DNA of 64,000 bases from Camelus ferus (taxonomy: Eukaryota). The stretch lies in NCBI RefSeq assembly GCF_009834535.1, contig NC_045697.1:97404001-97468000 (forward strand). Direction: 5' to 3'. Position numbers and translations under genes: made by a program. Shown piece by piece: positions 12,791 to 26,250 of this stretch (positions are counted from its first letter, which is position 1; each line of letters opens with the position of its first letter). The notes below the pieces were generated by a model. The model worked only from the letters and a program-made list of their open reading frames with translations. It had not been told where the DNA came from and ran no database searches.

Positions 12791-14189
12791 TCTCTCTGAC
12801 AATTCCCATTAACTTACATTGCATGTGTGGACCTCCAATTAATCCCTTTGATTATAGGCCTGCTCCTCAGCATTGCTTCCTCACAAGCCTAATGTTCCTA
12901 AATTCTAAGCCTTTCTATTTTGTGTTGTCAGAAATTAAATTCCAATAATCTGGTCTTACGCTTGAAATTTCATAACATGAATGCTGTGCATGGTTCAGGA
13001 GATGAATCTTCTCTTTCTTACACTAACTTCCAAATATTTCATCATCAATTCCTCAGCCACATTTTTGGTTGTAAAGTAGCCACCCATCTGCTATCTGTCT
13101 TTCAAAATATGCTATATTCTGTTGTCTCTCTCCAAATATCATTGACTTTTAAGACTTAAAAAGAATTCTTATACAATCATTTCAGTGATGGCTAAGAAGG
13201 TAGTTAAATGAATGTGGCAAGTTTAACATCTTAGAAACATAAGCCCATTAACAATAGGCTTGTTTATAATATTCATATTATTACTCTCTTGCCATCAATC
13301 CAGTTTCCTGTTGGGCATTGCTATATGAATGTTCTACTTCTAATTGGGATCAGTATACTCCCAAATTAAGTCACTATCCTTCCTATAATATCTATAAAAT
13401 CTCAAGACATACTCTGGTATTTGGGAGAAAAAATATTTTATGTAGCACCATACACAAAGATGGGACAGATATTGACAGATACTTAGACTAACTCCAGAAA
13501 AGTAAACTAGCCACACACATTCAAAATTTATAATTTTTCTCTTGACTTTTTGGTTTTTTAAAGATATCTGTAATAAAACAGGTCAGATTGAGCACTTAGA
13601 AAAAAAGTAAGCAAATCTCAGAGACTGGGCCAAGAAAAAGCAATAGTATACAACATAGGGTAAAAAGTCATTTTTTAGAATAAGAGGTAAGAACAAGACA
13701 ATATTATGGCTGAGGTGCTGAAGTTGAGTTCACAACTGTACTATTACATAGGAATTCTGATAATAAATACAAATTCTAGACAGAATAGGGTAAAGAGAAA
13801 AAAAATGGAAGTCTGCACAAGTGTAGTGATGACTCATGATTTTAAAATGGGCATTAGGGTGTGATTCTCTCGGAGAACATTATATACTTGGAGTGAATGG
13901 AATCAAATGAAACTCAAGTTGCAGAATGAGAACCTACTGTTTATTCCAGAGACTACATTTCCTGAGTCTATGAAGGCGACAATGTTATCATTGAATAGAT
14001 TGGTAGAGATGAGAGAATGTGGCTATTTGCAAATACATCACAGTAAAGTCTGATCCAGGAATAGCACAGAATGACCATATTGAGAATGAGAAGGATTAAC
14101 AGTTTGAGAATTTGGTAGAAAAAAAGAAAATGGTCACTAATAACTACTATCAAAGCTGTGTTTTCTTGCTGTGTTCCATGCCTTCTTAG

Positions 14190-14942
14190 TTACCCAATAT
14201 GATCCTTAAGCCTTGAAATTCTAGAGTCACTTTTAAACAGCTCCTCTTCTTTCAGAGTTTAAAATCAGCTAATAAATCAATTCTTTGACTACAATATAAC
14301 CAGCTGTTTTTTTAAATTTAAGTTGTCATTATCTCTCAGTTAGATTATTCCAGTTGTCTCTTAAATACATCCTTTTCCAGTTTTTCATTCAGTCCACCTG
14401 TAGGACCCCAGAATGGCACTTTCGAAGCATAATCCCAACCATTAACTTTTCTGTTTCAAAACTTTTGAATCCATCATATGTATAGAAATTCATATATTAT
14501 TACTGAATATTATTCAAGTTTTTCCTTATAATCTGATCTGAATCTCCTATAATTTAAATACAATTTTCTAAGGCACTTCAGATTTCTCAACATTCTTTAA
14601 TGTACACTGTATATTGTCATTTCTGCTCCTGTGTTCACATTATTGTCTCTAAAAAGAAAATCTCTTCCATCTCTGCCCATGGAAATCTTATCTGAGCACC
14701 CATCTCCAGCCTTTCCTGATTCTTTAGGTCATAATTCATTTTTTCCCTTTCCCTGATTTCATTATACTTTTTCTGTTCCACTACATGAGATTTCATTATG
14801 ATACAATGTTCAGTCCAATGTATTAATGCACCTCTCTGTTTTCCCATAACTTAGGAACTAAGACAGTATCCTTTTTGTCTTTATCTTTATTTTATTTGCT
14901 TGTTCAATGTCTTGCATGGTAGTTGCTTAATAACAGGTTGAA
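14190..14942 (+). mobile_element. Degraded L2 LINE 3' region
   Basis: ctagagtcacttttaaacagctcctcttc...ccagaatggcactttc...caatgtcttgcatggtagttgcttaataacaggttgaat. Confidence 0.55.
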
Positions 14943-16489
14943 TCTGATGACCTTCTTTGTGCTGTCCTACAACATTTGCTACATTTAGAATCCATGTGAA
15001 ATCAACAATCTTGCAGGCCTTAATTTTTGTGATTACCACAAGAAAGTTTATGATTTTCATTTGTATACCTTAGTGTTTATTAAGTTATCTGGCATCCTAA
15101 AATTATGTATTTTTACTTTGCTCTGCTTACCTCCATGTTGGTAGTTTGTTACAAATTAGAAAATGGACTTGATTTAGGCATGCATATATTAACACTTAGA
15201 CTGCATGTGCAATGGGAAAATCTTACTAGCTTCATGCAGAAAGGTCATCTCAATACTAAGAATAGTCAAATACCAGTTAGTAGTTTTGAAAGCAAATATA
15301 TAGCTATCTTTTATGAAGACAATAAACAGCAAGTTAGACTAATTCATTTGTGTTCCAGAGTCAGTTCAATGTCAGTGTGTTGACATATTCTTACTGCCAA
15401 AGAATACCTTATGCACAGAAACATCCAAGGACATTCTGTAACTAAGTGTTACAGAGAGATTATTAGATAATTTTTAAAAAGTCAATTATAGCCTTATAAA
15501 CACAGTATGTGAAACTGGAAAGTTCTCAAGGAAATAAGTTCAAGGATGGTGACCTTCAATAGCATAGATAGTAAGTTAAAATAATCAAATGAAACCAGTC
15601 TAGGAAGAAACAAACAAGATAAAGGGTAAGGAAGTTTATAGAAACAGTATTCTTGAAAATAAAGAGATCCATGTGAAATACTAAATTTATAAAAACAAAA
15701 ATCCGAATGGAAAAAATCCTGTCTTCTATGGGAAATCTGAAAAAATGGTGAAATACATGTATTTACAACACGACTGAACATTCCCTGGATAGAGAATGAA
15801 GTGGAATTAGCATTAGCAAGGTAGACAAGAAAGTGGACCCTTTATTCACAGAAATCAGCTTTCAGTATTTAAAAAAAATATTCTAAAACTTTGGTACTAG
15901 TCTAATTTGAGAAATGGAGAGAAAAAGGAGAAAAAGATTTATGTGCCTTTTACTGAGTCACTTTTACTCCTGCTCAGCCTTGACATTATTCTTTTCTTTC
16001 AACTGCATGAATGTATCTTGGGATGAATAAATAATTTGCAAATATATGAGTCAACAAAGAAAGAAATGCAGACTTGCAGACTGATAATGGAAATTAGAGG
16101 CTATAAAATATCATATATTGTATAGCCATTAAGACGAAAGAAATAGGAGAAGTTATAAATAACCCACATAATTTTTTAAAGGACTGCTTTTTAAATATTC
16201 TTTATGGAAGTATAACTGATAAAAGTCCAGCCATTTTTCATGTGAAATCATTCTTCTCAATAAGCAACTTGTTAAAGTGAAAAATCAGAAATGGCCACAC
16301 TGGCATTATTCTATTCAGGACTTCTGAATGAAATGTCATCTCCTGTCCACAGTCTCATACATGAGTAAAATGTTGAATAGTTTCAATATACAGGTGTCAC
16401 ACAACAGAAGTGTAAAAACCTATAAAAATAATGCGTATATTGTGGAACGAAAAGAAACTGCAAAGGTAGGAAACACATGATATCGCCAA

Positions 16490-16670
16490 CTTACGTGATG
16501 TTTACAATTTATAAAGTATTTTCAGGTACGTTTTTTCAACTTAATTCTCCTAAGAACTCTGTAATCTGGCCATCCTTAATCCTCTTTTGCTGATAAAGAT
16601 ACCTAACATCATTAAATGACTTGCCTGAAGTCTTGCAGATTGTTAGATCTTTTGATTTTAAAGTCAAGTG
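16490..16670 (-). mobile_element. MIR SINE fragment
   Basis: tttacaatttataaagtattttca...ttaattctcctaagaactctgta...gataaag...ttaaatgacttgcctgaagtc. Confidence 0.65.
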
Positions 16671-18419
16671 GTAGAGAAGTGATAAATCTAGGAAAAGGCA
16701 AAAAATAAAAAGGTATGAGAGAGTAGTATCTTATATTTGCAAGAATGGCTTAGGGCTTACACTTACTGACTTGGCTTGCTGGACTTACTGTCAGATAGGA
16801 AAGAATAAGATGTCAGAGAACAAAAAATACTCTATCGAAAGACCCTCATATTAATCCTCAGGTTGACAGAAACAATTTAATATTATTCCTGATTATCAGT
16901 TAGTTATATAACATCCTGACAAGTAAAAGGGACCAACTTACTCAAATTCCATGTTGGAAAAGTTTGAAAGCTGGGGCAAATCAGGTCTTCTAACTGCTAC
17001 TGATAGCTGCAGGTTGGGGAGCAAAGCTGGCCAGCGGGATGATGTTGGTAGGTAGGGTGGGTGAGAGTAGTTTATTTATTGAGTCCATACTTACCAAACC
17101 ACCCAACAAATACCTCATGAATGTCACCTTGGTGAGAGACAATTGTGAGTCATGGAGAATATCCACAGCTGATTTTAATGACAAAAATATGATTCAAGCA
17201 GGATCTTAAAATATTAGATTCCAACGTCAATGTTAGTATATCATTTGCATACTAATATATTTATAGTAGCTTTCAAAGTGGCTAAAAACTAACAAAACTG
17301 GTTTTGAAGTGGAAGAGTTATTCAGAGGAACTAGTATGCTGAAAAGTGATTGGTTTATACAACACAAGAAAATACTCTCTGATCCACTGGTCAGTCTGTT
17401 TATTTAATTTCAGGGAAATACTTGCCACAACACTTTCTCTGTGGATAAAGATGACTAATAATTGTATATTTTCTAAATATGTAAATGAATTAAGCCTCTC
17501 AAATAATTCATCTGCCCAGAATCAGCTTTCTTTGTCTGTCTCTCACTTAATTTTCTGCAGTTAGCTGCTACTTGCAAAAATTACTTAGTCCTGAAAATAA
17601 AATCCACAAAATGTTATAATTTCTTGAGCCTCTCTTCCATTAAAATGATTGCATTTATGTTAAGCCAGCATTTTAAAAACGTATCTGTAGTTTTGTCTCT
17701 AATTATCTCCTCATGAGAAAAACTGATCATTCAAATGTACTTAATAATTTGGCCTACCAATATATATTTACCTAAGCAAGCCTGCATGCACATGAAAAAG
17801 CAGGTATTTAAAATGACTTCTGTTTTCATTATCAGTATGTCTAAATACGAATTTTTCAAAGATGAGAACCCACTCATTGATTTGTTTTCTAAGTCATGCT
17901 AATGAACATTTTGGGAAAATCAAGAAGCATACATATTTTTTGAGACAAGATGCTCCTATATTACAACACTATATTAACAGCACAAAGCTTCATTTATCCT
18001 CAAAATCCTTGAGGAAAATGACATTCCAGAAAGATGAGCCATTTTAAACTGTGATTTAAAGGATCACTGCCTCATTGCTGAAAGATGGTGAACACTATTT
18101 TGTTACGTTTCAGCTACCATATTGAGATTCTTTGGAACAGAGCTGCTATCTTCCAATCTAGAACATTAGTTTATCCAGGAAGGCTGTTGACAAAATATTT
18201 TTTACCCATATTTAATGGAAATGTTTTTATTTTCAACTAAATATATGATCCTATTAAAATTATTGCAAACAAAGTATAATGAAGCAAACATAAATCATGT
18301 GTGTCTAATCATTCTAATTCTGGTGTCCATATATCTGCCTTCTCTGTCTCTTTTTCTTTTTCTTACTCTTTCCCTCTCTCTTGCCTTTCTTTATCTCTCA
18401 TTTCTCTTTCTGTGTGTTT

Positions 18420-19140
18420 TAAGGAATAATGAGATATTACATAGTTTTGTAACCTGCTTTGTATATTGAATGTCAAATCATGCATTTTCATGCCATAAAA
18501 CCAGATATACATCATTATTTTAAAGGGTAGCATATTTCATTGCATGAATATTTATTTTTAATGCATTTAATGAATCCTTTCTTTTAAAGTGCTCTTATTT
18601 TCTTTCCATTTTTTTCTTCAAACTATAAACAGTTTAAAGAACATTGTAAAGCTGGTAATTTTCTAACTGTAAATTTTAACAATAGGGTGCCTTGTAAAAT
18701 GGTATATATATTTTTGGGTTTTTGACCTATTTTATCCTAGTGATACTTGGAAAGTGTGTATCAGTTCTACATTCCTATCAACAAGCTTTGAAGGTCATTT
18801 AAGTTTCCCCTTTCTACTTGTTCTTAGTCTTAAAATTCTGCTATTTGTAATAATCAATAATGCTTTTTTATAGTAATTGTAATGTCTGCCTTTGGTTCAC
18901 AGTTACGTTGAAAACATTTTTCTTTCTTTTTGCTTATTTCGATTCCAGATTTCATGAAGCACCTATTCATATCTTGAATTTGTTTTTATTTTAACTGACT
19001 TATGTATTTTATATACTAAGAATGTTCAAACTTCTGGGTCTTGTTTCAGATTCTCTTTTCCAGTATTATTTGTTTTTCAATCTTGATTGCAGTATTTTAG
19101 ACACTTGTATTTAGTTCTGTGTGCTCAAATCTGTTTTTAT
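18420..19140 (-). mobile_element. Ancient L1ME-like 3' region
   Basis: gagatattacatagttttgtaacctgcttt...catatttcattgcatgaata...actataaacag...gtgtatcagttctacattcctatcaaca. Confidence 0.6.
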
Positions 19141-19439
19141 ATTTTCTGATAGTGGTATACCTTTTGAAATGCATTCAGTGCAATACAAGAGATGGTTTTT
19201 CTCTGTTACTTTGCCGGCTGGTGGGGAGTTACTAGGGAAACATCAGGAATATCAACTGCTGACAGCTGCTCTTCTAATTTGACAGGTCCCAGAGTGTCAC
19301 ACAGCCTGAAAATATTTTTATGGATCGGGCCCAAGTGAATGATCTGTTTGCTTTTACTCTTTTAGCACACGTATCTCCCACAACATCCCCATGATGTCCC
19401 TTACTGTTACCATTCCTGTCTTACATGTGGGGGAGCTAG

Positions 19440-19555
19440 CACATGAGAGGGGAATACGTGTTACTAAGTTTGCATGGTAGAAATTGGCAAAGCTGAGTTC
19501 TGAACCCAACCTGTCTTATTTCAGAGTTCACAGTCTTAACCCCTTCACTCTTACT
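19440..19555 (-). mobile_element. MIR SINE fragment
   Basis: tggcaaagctgagttctgaacccaacctgtcttatttcagagttcacagtcttaacc. Confidence 0.6.
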
Positions 19556-20239
19556 GCTTCTTGAGTCGGTCTTGTCTTGCTTTTTAATGAGCTTCCCTGT
19601 AGGTCCCTTGTGTGGCTGTGTGGCCAAAATGCATCCCCTTTAGAAACTCAAACTGTTTATTTTAAGCTTCACTTCCATGAACCTCATTTATGAACTTTTC
19701 CTGCAGAGAATGATTGTGTTTTAAAACTGCACTAATTTCTCTGTTTCTAGCTTCTGTGATAGACTCACTCTAAGCTTTTTGTCTGTTCTTGTACCACTGG
19801 GAATCACCAGAAGGAAATTTTCTTTGAGCTCCCTGTTACTGTAGGTATGCTAAATGCTGGCTTTAAATAGAATGGCACTCTTTGATACATTCAAATTATT
19901 TATATAGAAATGTAGCATTCCCCCCAACTTTAACTTTATTGTACATTTTATTATATAATGAAATATTAATTAATTAATACTTGTGAGCAACCCTGGGGTC
20001 TGTTTATCATTACTTTGCTTCTGCTTCATTCAGATATGGCCATTTCATGGACTTCAAAGATGTCTCTGTGTTGCATAGCACAGAAATGTGTCACAGAACG
20101 CTATGGCTGGAATTTACTGATTGTCTTTGTCATTGGCTGTTTTAGAAAATTCAAATTTAACAGCTTCAATTTTTCTAAGGAATGTAGACTGTTGGGAAGA
20201 TGTATTTAATTAAGGCATGTACATGAAGGATGTAAGAAG

Positions 20240-20365
20240 GCAAGAAAAGAGCCCTGAGTATAAAGTCAGAGACCTAGGTAACATTTTAGTTTCCTCACTT
20301 CATAACTTTGTGATTTCAAAAATGTTAAGCTTTTGAATCTTGGTTTCCTCAACTGTAAAATGTCA
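20240..20365 (+). mobile_element. MIR SINE fragment
   Basis: agagccctgagtataaagtcagagacctagg...aactttgtgattt...tggtttcctcaactgtaaaatg. Confidence 0.7.
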
Positions 20366-21899
20366 GTAATAAAATATGCCACTTACACATTGCACAGATA
20401 CTGAGATAACTGGAATGGAAATGAAGAAATGAAGTAATATGGTAGGTGAATATAATTTGTTAACAGTACCCTGTAAGCATATGAGATTCTGTATGTGATT
20501 TAATATAGAATTATCAATAAAAATCATGGCAATACCAGACAATGTATATAGGCAGTGGCAAAGCATAAGTGCAGTGAATTATTTTCTATTTAAATTTTAA
20601 AATAACAAATATCCGATATTACTATTGTTATTATAATTTTATATAACCATTTTGGGAGTAGTTTATTAAATATAGAATCAGTCCCTGCTTGATGAGCAAA
20701 TATTTGGCCATTATATGCTAAACCATTCTTAAATGTTTTTGTATTACAACTTCTTGTTAAAATTAGGTAATTTAAAATTTGTATGTGTGTTCTGTATGTC
20801 ACTGAAATTAGGTTGAAGTTCTAATTTATGTGTGTGTTAAATAATTTGTCCATTTGTTTCTTCCTCATTTTATGTTTCTAGTGGATTTCATTAGTTTTTG
20901 GAGAAATAATACATTTTAAGTGAATTCAGTGATTTGGAATGAAGATTTATTTACAGAAATCATTGTTTTTCATAAAAGTGTTTCTAAAAGTGATTGCTAA
21001 TTATTCTCAGAAACAAAAAAGCTTGTATTTTCAGTACCAGGAATGGCTTCATGTTTTGCTCTGAATACAACACCTGGGAAACATCATCTGAGGGTGACTT
21101 TGGTTATGATGCTTTTTAAGACTGCCTTTAATTGCTTTTGCATTGAGCTGTATTCATGAATGTGCATTCATCAAAGAATGAAGAGCAATGTGACATTTTC
21201 AAGTTTTACTAAGTCAACTAGCATCCGTTGCCATAGTACTCAGAAATGAGGGAACCAAGAAAGAGCTGAGCTGCTTTTCATTTTGTGTTGAAAGATGTCA
21301 GCAGGATTAAAGTGTCAGAGCAAAAAGAAGAAGAAAAAATGATGAAGAGAAAGTGAATTACTTTGCAAATGGTTATTAATGAATATAAAAAGCAAACATA
21401 ACAGCCAACATTTTTTGGAAGGTGACAAGATATGAAAAAGTTGTACTTATAGGAGGGGTGATTTTATTATTTTCAAAAAGCATACAAAATGTCTGAACTT
21501 GCCCCTTCCTTTGTAAAATGAGAAGTAATCTCCATACACCTAATGTCTCCTAATTTGGAAAGACTCTCTCCTCTGTTAGGGAATAGATCAGGCTGTTTTT
21601 CTGCCTTGGAGAGAAAATAGATATCTGAGAATAATTTGTGTGCCCTTAAAATACCCTTTGAATGAAATTATATTCAAGCATGTACTTGATAATTAGGTCT
21701 GAAACTGCGTAAATATGTATAATATTTAAAAATAAAGATACAACCTTATTTATATATGGTGGCTTCATGACTTGTCCTTGTAAATTTCTTGATTTCGCAG
21801 TGCCTGAATTTTGATAATGATACAATATTTATGCGATACAGGCAGCGCATTTGGTATCATCAGTATTCTGATCTCTCTTTTCTGAGATCAAGATTTCTG

Positions 21900-22260
21900 G
21901 ACTTCTTTCCCTGATCTCTACTTACTATTCTGAGTTCTGTCATTTTCCAACAAGCTGAATATTGTCCTCAGTCAGTCAGCATCCCAGTGACTTTACCTCC
22001 TTCCATACTTCTGCTTCACTTCAGAATCTCCATGGTCTTGACTTCCTGTTGTACCTGCCATTTAATCCCTCAACCCACCTCCTGATACTTGAGCACTGCT
22101 GGAGAAAGCTAACTAAAGAGGTTGATTGGATCCACTACAAATCCAGACTACCAAATATCATGTAGATCTGTTTCACTGCTGAGAAAACTGGGATTCCCAA
22201 TTTCAGTATTTTCTCTTTCAAACGTCCTCCAGTCTCCTTAACTTTAGCCTAAGCTCCCAT
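21900..22260 (+). mobile_element. L2 LINE internal (ORF2-derived) fragment
   Basis: Translation EHCWRKLTKEVDWIHYK in ORF 21962-22165 resembles the L2 ORF2 'E.CWRK....DW.HYK' segment. Confidence 0.55.
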
Positions 22261-24244
22261 ACACATCTAAAATTATTCTATCCTCCTACTCTGAATTTAT
22301 GATTAATGTTAAATGAAATGATGTCCTTCAGCTTCCCTATTTCACCTAAAAATGTACATTGGTTTTCACTCACTTTTTTTTTCATTTTGAGTCTCTCATC
22401 ACCAGACCCTCCACCTAAATTCTTAATCTCATCTTCTTTGTCTTGCAAATTGGAAGTAGGAATTATGATTGATTAAATAGGACCCTAGTCTAGCAGTAGT
22501 GCAAGCCTAAGGAAAAGCCTCCATGGTTGACGTGTGTAGAAAATTCATTCAACATTATTCTAAGACTCCCTTCAGGAAATCTTAGCCATTTAAAATCATG
22601 ATTGCACCAAGAGATTATGGGAATGAAAGCCACGCACTTTTTTGTAAAGACTGAGTTAAAATAATCAGTAAGCAAACAAACCTTCCATTAGCGTAGGCAC
22701 TACTTTGAATAGTTCTCCTATATTGTCTTTAAAATTAACCAAGAGTCTGCAAATAGTAGCTCATATGATTCGTTCACATCATTTTACTGAAATAATACAT
22801 CAATTAGAACATTGTTCACAAAAATCTCTTGTTATAGAAATAATTCCTGTTCTTTTTTTCTACAATTAGAAAAATTGAAATTGAGGAAGGGATTTCCTCT
22901 GACCACAGGATGAGAAAAAATGTGCCCCCTAATAGATTAAAATAAACTTGCATCTTGTAATTTAGTGTTAATCTCAGTGAAGCATTGTTGATGATAAAAT
23001 ATTTCATACACAGCAGATTCTTTAGGAAATGAGACAGCCATGTCAACATTAAGTTGGAGGACTTCTGAGATGAAAATGTCAAACTCAGATGAAATGGTGA
23101 CTCAGAAGGCAGAAATTCAAAAAATGGACTCCTAGCAAATTTTGCCAGAGTGCCTGAGGCACTTCCCCATCTGTATGTGTAACATGCATTTAACTATTGT
23201 AAAGTTTCTCCAACAGTCCTGGGAAGTGCTATGACAGTAACAAGGAAGATTGATAGCAGATTCCATGCCTCTTTGTTAATCACATTAAGAACACTGCGTT
23301 GTACTCTCTCATGTTGTGTCTGGAAATATATATGACCAACACACCATATTGAAAACTTTTATCCTATTACCCATCTGCTGCCAGTAAATGATCAGTTTAA
23401 ATGCAAAAATGGGTTCTAGGGGTGTGAAACTCAAAGAATTGCCAAGCACACCATTTTTTATAACCCTCATTCTTCCAATTGCCTTTTGGGAAATGAAAGA
23501 ACCTAACACATACCACATTTTGAAATGCTTCCTTAGGGGATTTAAATTATATTTCTGGTAACTTGATTTATATGCTAATGACAAGCATGTCTTCAAATAT
23601 TAGAGTTGATAATTTTAAATACATAGATTTGGCATAGTGACTATTATTTGTTTTTCATCATAGTTTATGATGAAACTCAGTATTAGAATGTGGAATTTAT
23701 GAAAACATATTTCCTTCCATTTAGCTGGAGGAGTTCCTCATCAGTTCCCAACCCTACAGTCAGATAAATAGAAAGACCTTAAGAGTTGCAGCAAGAGGAA
23801 CAAATAAATAGTGGTGAGTACATTTCATCAGTTGGGGAGATAAAATTTATTTCTTCAATTACTTTGTGATCATCTGCAGGTTATAAAGAGGAATGTGCAT
23901 TAACACAATTAACCATCTATTTTCTATTTTAATTGCACTTGTGGGTTCATTTCTGAGTACTCTAATCTGTTTTTCTCTATTGTCGGAAGTTAAGAGCAAT
24001 GCCCAACTTATTTTTCTAAATAAAGAGATTATTTGGGTAATAGATTTTTTTCAGTACTTCTGGAAATAATTAATAATAATAAAATAATTCTATAATAAAG
24101 ATACAATCAATCATACTGATAAGTTGTTCACCAGAAATATTTCAAAAAGATTAGGACTGTATCCAAATTGGAGGCAAAATTATTCAGGTCAATAGACCAG
24201 TTGCAATTTGCTCACATGGTGGAATGACCAATTGGAACTGGTAA

Positions 24245-24415
24245 ACAGTATAACATAGTTGTCAAGTGCAAGGTATCAACAGGTAAAGTGTCTAGGTCAG
24301 ATCCTGGCTGTACCACTTAACAGCTATGTGATCTTGGGCAAATTTCTTTATCTGTAAAATGATGCTAAAAGCTGTACCCGACTCTTGTCATGATTGTTGT
24401 AAATATTAAATTCAC
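24245..24415 (+). mobile_element. MIR SINE
   Basis: acagtataacatagttgtcaagtgca...atcctggctgtaccacttaacagctatgtgatcttgggcaaattt...atctgtaaaatg. Confidence 0.8.
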
Positions 24416-25150
24416 AAATCAGAAAGACTATATATTACCATACATGTACTATCCCATTGTCTAAAAATTTTATGAATAAAACTGTACAACTCTGTAGATG
24501 AGTCATAAATGAGTCCTAATAATACAAACTACTGTGTAGAATGATGAAATATCTTTGAAAGAGATCTACAACTCTGAAGAAGCACAGTCTAAGAGAATAG
24601 CCTATGTCAAGTAGGAGCATCAAACCCATTTTCACCTTAATGGATATAAATGTCTCATTGACTATATTAATGGTGAGCATTTTACCATATATAATTGATT
24701 TTCAGTTGAGATTATAACCAGGCTTTATTTCTTCTAATGAGGATGTTTGTACTTTTGGGAAACACAGCTTAATTTAAACTTGGAAGGAAGGAAAACATAT
24801 CAGAAAACATGATCTGTAAGTTAACAAAAGATCAACCAATTTCATATATAAAAAACCAAAGTATTTTGGATAAGGTACCTCACTGTTTCTTTCTTTTAGA
24901 ATAGGTAACAAAAACTTAAGGCTAAAAGATTTAGAAAAAAGACCCATTATATTACCAATAAGATACTTCCAAATATTCGTCTGAAACTCAACAAAATTTA
25001 AGTACAGTCTTCAAATAGGCAGTAATTGCTAATCATTACTTTGATGTAGAATCTCAACTGTTACAGCTATAAATCATTCTTATTATGGTTATTTAGTTCA
25101 TTGCCCTCTTAATGGTTATTTTCGTAGTTAAGAAGAAACACAATATTCTC

Positions 25151-25588
25151 TGTAGAAGCAGGAACCTAGTTCACACATCAACTTCTCAACCCAATTTGGG
25201 TGGAGACACCGGATTTGAAGGGTCCAGTTGAAAAAGAGGGAATTGGAAAGAGTGGGAGGAATATTCATGACTTATCTGAGAACAGGGATGTGGTTTGGAC
25301 TCAGAACTGATGCAGCTCTCCTTTTCAGTCCTTGTATGGGCTTTTCTGATTGATGTTATGGCAACTGTCAGCCATCTTGGCACAGGTGAGTGTGTCATCC
25401 AACATACTAATGTTTTACAAGGAGCATATAAATGAGGCTCAGCGTCCACTGGAAGTCAAATCTTCTGCCATCTTTGGCCTAGTTGATTCTAACCAGTTCT
25501 TGTTATTTCTCTTTAGAGCTTCCTCCTGAAACTTAGAGTAATCGGTTTCCATTCAAGGGAGGGGCAAGGGTAAGATTCTGGGGCAACA
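25151..25588 (-). mobile_element. Solo LTR, ERV1/MER4-group-like
   Basis: TG...CA bounded; atattcatga...tgttatggcaactgtca...ggcacaggtgagtgtgtcat...gccatctttgg...tctaaccagtt motifs; no TSD seen and ends uncertain. Confidence 0.55.
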
Positions 25589-25924
25589 GCTTTGGTGAAA
25601 ATTTTACCAGAGAGAGAGAGAGAGAGGTACATAGATCAGCAAGGCTGGTTGTGTCTGACACAGAAAACTGTGCCTAATAGGAAAAATGGCAAGATGCTGA
25701 GTGAGTCATATGTTCTTTCTCTGGAATTTGAACAGAAAAATATTAAGATAGCCACACAGTAGCAGAAAGAGAAACAAGAAAATAGGTAATGAAAGACAGA
25801 TCAAGAAAGGAGGATGACCATATGAACAAAACTAGAATGAGCAAAGAGTTAACTTCCTTTCACTTAAAAAAAAAATTAATGGCACTCTTTCCCACCCTAT
25901 TGGAAACAGATGTTTTTCAACTCT

Positions 25925-25945
25925 AAAAAAAAAAAAAAAAAAAAA
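25925..25945 (+). repeat. Poly(A)21 tract, possible retrocopy tail
   Basis: A-run whose end overlaps aaagagtta (25943-25951), which also occurs at 25843-25851. Confidence 0.9.
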
Positions 25946-26072
25946 GAGTTAGTGTAGAAAATATAAAAGCATACTGAATATAGTTGCAAGGCTAAATTGT
26001 CATTGCTCCTTGCCTTTTGAATTAATTTTTTTAAAAGGGAAAGTATGTAATTTTATCCTTTATTGGAAAAAT

Positions 26073-26250
26073 TAAAAAAGTATTTTTATTGAAGTATAGT
26101 CAGCTTACAATTTTGTGTCAATTTCTGGTGTACAGCACAATACTTCAATTATATAGGAACATACATATATTCATTCATTTTTTTTAACCATGTTACCTCA
26201 AGATATTGAATATAGTTCCCTGTGCTATGCAGTGTAAACTTATTTCTCTT
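26073..26250 (-). mobile_element. Truncated L1 3' end flanked by ~65-bp direct repeats
   Basis: tttttattgaagtatagtcagcttacaattttgtgtcaatttctggtgtacagcacaa...caagatattgaatatagttccctgtgctat; repeats at 26006-26072 and 26251-26315. Confidence 0.88.
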
